From positions 25,792,001-25,856,000 of the forward strand of contig OZ024756.1 of the NCBI GenBank assembly GCA_964016885.1: a stretch of DNA of 64,000 nucleotides. Reading direction: 5' to 3'. Below the pieces are notes generated by a model that saw only the letters and a list, made by a program, of their open reading frames with translations, ran no database searches and was not told the DNA's origin. Below are positions 60,661 to 64,000 of the stretch, in pieces. Each line of letters begins with the position of its first letter. Position 1 is the stretch's first letter. Source of the stretch: Eledone cirrhosa (Eukaryota). The translations under genes and the position numbers were made by a program.

Positions 60661-62299
60661 TTATTTGCTTATTTGCTGTTGTAAGTTTTGAGCTTTTTAA
60701 AGTCCTTTATTATGTATTTCCAATATTCTATATATGTACATTGGGATTGTTGGGGGTTTACAAAGTTCTAATCGTCAACAATGGTGTCACCAGCGTCAAT
60801 AACACCAAACATTTGCTGGAAATTGCCGTATGCTCGGCACTAATCCTTGATATTCATTTTTTGTCAATTCTTTTTTCATTTTCTTTCAATTTCATCTCAG
60901 TATTCGGCAATTTATGTCGTTTATACATACATATATACACACATCCAACCATGTTCAACTAACCACCAAAAACAAGAAATCATTAATTGAAATATTTATA
61001 TAAATGATCCTTACAAAACTAAGGTGATACAGCAAAAAGCTACTTTGTCTAGTTTTAGTTTTTTTCCTAACATATCCCTACATAATTCTGCTCTATCTGC
61101 TCTAATAGCAAGTTTTGTCTTTCCTTGATGTCTCATACATCTTATATTTTCGACGTTGATGACCCTGATTCTCAATCAATCAAATAGCCCTTTTCTGACG
61201 AAAGCTAAATTCCCCAAATTTATTATACAGCTTAAACTTTATCTCCATGGTTATTCGGTTGGTGCCAGTTTATCTCACAATAAGATATAAGTTTAAGCTA
61301 ACCTTTTCTTTTTTCTAGTCTTATAACCTGGTTTTCAAGCACTGAAACACTAACCCTGCAGTAACTAAACCATTCTTACAACACGTGGGATGTGTTAACA
61401 CATTTACAGGCAAGAGAAAAAAGAAAACTAAACACAAACAAAATAATTTTTAAAAAGATTTATCGTCTTATTTCTTCTAAATGTTATCGGTGGTGATTCT
61501 GAACGTAATGAGTTTGGTTATCGAAGCTCCAGTTTCATGCGATGATTTGGCAATCATGGAAAAAGTAAAACCTATATAAGTGAATATAATTCAGACAAAG
61601 GAATAGGCCCTTAGCGATTAAAATAATTTCTCTACAGTTTAGTTGTTCATGATTAAGATAATCTTGCCCGTATTTAAATATGGAGCAACAGAAGTATCAC
61701 AATTGTAGTTCCGATCGTTTTTCAACAACACTTGTTCAACACATCGACCAACAGCTTATACACAACAACCCACACACCAATCAACCAAAATCTCCGCTAA
61801 AATGTTGACCACGACGTGATCGAGAAAACAATATCTGAACGCAACCTTTGGTTTTGCCACTGGTGACCAGACAACTTCCAAACTACATTGTAACTAAGGA
61901 AAAAACAACATAACCTAGAAGAACGCAAAAAATTTTGTCTACGATCTATTAACTGCACGGTCAATTAATTATACTCTTTGATTTTGTGAAAAAAATGTTT
62001 TTCCTCCGTCTTTGGTACATCTCAATTCTTTTTTTAGTTTCAACTTCCTTTCTTCAATATTTTAATATCTCACGGTTCTATTTTTGCTCTTTTATTGAAT
62101 TTACTATTTTAAATGTTTACACACACACAAAATTCCTCTCAACATCTTACATAGATTAAACACAAAATTCATTTCTCTGTTTTAGTTCGCTCCCAACCTC
62201 CTATTCCCGTGTGATTCACACATCCCTTTTACATGTCCATCCGATGGTAGATTTAACATTGATGATACCACTTAGATCTAAATCTAAATTATTTTAAGG

Positions 62300-64000
62300 T
62301 CCATGTGCCGAGTGACCAAGAGACCCGCATGGTTAAAGGATTTCGTAACATCCGATCAGCTATCGACTCCCATTTCCCACCATCCACGCCTCATTCTAGG
62401 GGAGCTAACTTATATCCCTCTATCGTTGGATTCAGTCGAAATCAGCCTTGTTGACCTTATTCACCCCACCACTCCTGTGACAGCTAGCTTGCCTCCAACG
62501 CCACCTACCAGAACACCAGAGTTAATGCTGTTCATCCAGTCTACCTCTATCGCTAACCTTCCCTCCACCGTCTTCTCCCAATTCAGCATCAAACTGTGTT
62601 CTTTGCTACCACCACCACCCCCGTACAAGTCAAATGCCGTTCATGTAGCCTAAGCTATCACAGGAGCTGCTTTGGAATTACAAAGGTTAAAGCAGAAAGT
62701 TTTTCAAACTGGCTGTGTAACCAATGCCACTTCAGTTCCGACTTACTTCGCTGGTCAGAACCTTGCTCTGACGCCCAGATCCCTGTTGAGGATTTTGCCA
62801 CTGCCCTCCAGAGCTTGTCTGAGTTGAAGCCGGATCCCAAAGGAAACTCAGATCTGTTTTGCCCCTGCTCTATCCAGCAACATCTCAGATCAGATTGGCA
62901 GAAACTGTTCTTGTTCCCTTTAGTTTCTCTCCATGTGACTAACTCAAAAACCTCCAGGCTATTGAGCTTCACCAAGCTTTTTTTATACTTAGGAATTACT
63001 TGTTGATTCCTAAGTTGTATTTCCTCGGAGTTATTCTCTCTTACAGATCCTCGTCGTCTGTTTAAAGGTTTGATGACTTAATGTCAGACTATCTCTAGAG
63101 TCCTGCGACTTGGTTGCCTTGCCCAAATGGTTTGGAGTTCTCAGTCTGCATAAATGTTCATCTCTCTCTCTACATTGCTTTCTTTCTTCCATCCATACCT
63201 GCTCCCCTTTAATAGGTGACATCCTCTCCTTTCCAATATGGACTAGTTCCATCAGGGAGATGGATGAAGCTTTACTACAATGGAGACAGCTGGGTTTGTC
63301 TGTTCCCAATACTAACGGGGATAGACGGAAGCAGAGAGTACGGGACAATCTGTGTTCAAGTGAAACTTTTAACTCTCTCTTTGATCATTCTGAACAATTT
63401 TCTAGGTGCTTCTTACTTTCTGTAACTGCAAAATTCTCTGGATTAATACCCTGCCTGTGGCCAAAATTGGTGGTTTTCTCAATCAGGACAAGCTCAGCAT
63501 CTCCATTGCACTCCGAGTGAGAGCCAATGTCTGTGGGTGTCTGAAATGTCTCTGTAGTAGGTCCCTTGACTCCACAAGCCTTTGTGGTTTGTCATGCTGG
63601 TCAGTTTTCCTGCCACACCAAGCTAAACCTGGTCATTAAGTGGGCCCTAGCTTTGGTAAATGTCCCTTCAGTTCTTGAGCCAGCTGGATTATCCAAAATT
63701 GATGGGAAGAGACTAGATGGTCTTAACCTTTGTCCCTGGGCAAGAGACAGAATGCCTCATCTGGGACGCCATACTCAATGACCCTTTTGTGCCTTCCCAT
63801 ATCATGGATGCCGCAGTAAATCACTGCTACTGTATCTGAACATAATAAAATCCTAAAATACTGGGAACTATCAAATAAATATTTTTATTAGTCTGTGGCG
63901 TCCGAGATGTTTGGTGGAGTTGGGTCGCTGACTGCGAAATTCTTGTTATTGTTGGCAGCTCACCATACCAGGGTATCAGGTGATGTCTGTGAGGGTGCCT
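62300..64000 (+). mobile_element. Degenerate CRE-like non-LTR retrotransposon (PHD-like finger, post-RT region, zinc knuckle, restriction-like endonuclease); runs off the window
   Basis: KCRSCSLSYHRSC...WLCNQC; LVALPKWFGVLSL; [20 protein letters not shown]...GLSC; [40 protein letters not shown] (RH-E-PD motif of RLE elements). Confidence 0.75.

Overview
Eukaryotic, AT-rich, microsatellite- and SINE-dense animal DNA; the SINE/MITE/RTE content suggests a coleoid cephalopod (Octopus-like), which is inference only. Two spliced genes sit head-to-head with 296 bp between their start codons. LSM14 (RAP55/Trailer hitch) is on the minus strand: 10 exons including one putative cassette exon, CDS 6662-16953, about 459 aa. 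TAF4 (TFIID subunit 4) is on the plus strand: 14 exons, CDS 17250-43953, about 1163 aa. All exons were joined by hand through GT-AG sites with consistent phases. Introns and the 3' third of the window hold degenerate mobile DNA: RTE LINEs, a piggyBac transposase with its derived TTAA MITEs, hAT and Tc1/mariner MITEs, tRNA-derived SINEs, a Penelope-like fragment and a CRE-like RLE retroelement with a PHD finger. There are also several minisatellites and perfect hairpins. The most notable observations are the compact LSM14-TAF4 bidirectional promoter, which mirrors the human TAF4/LSM14B pairing; a frame-preserving LSM14 exon adding a second LC8-type motif; a minimal hammerhead-like ribozyme in TAF4 intron 4; and a nested LINE/piggyBac/foldback/MITE stack in TAF4 intron 10.
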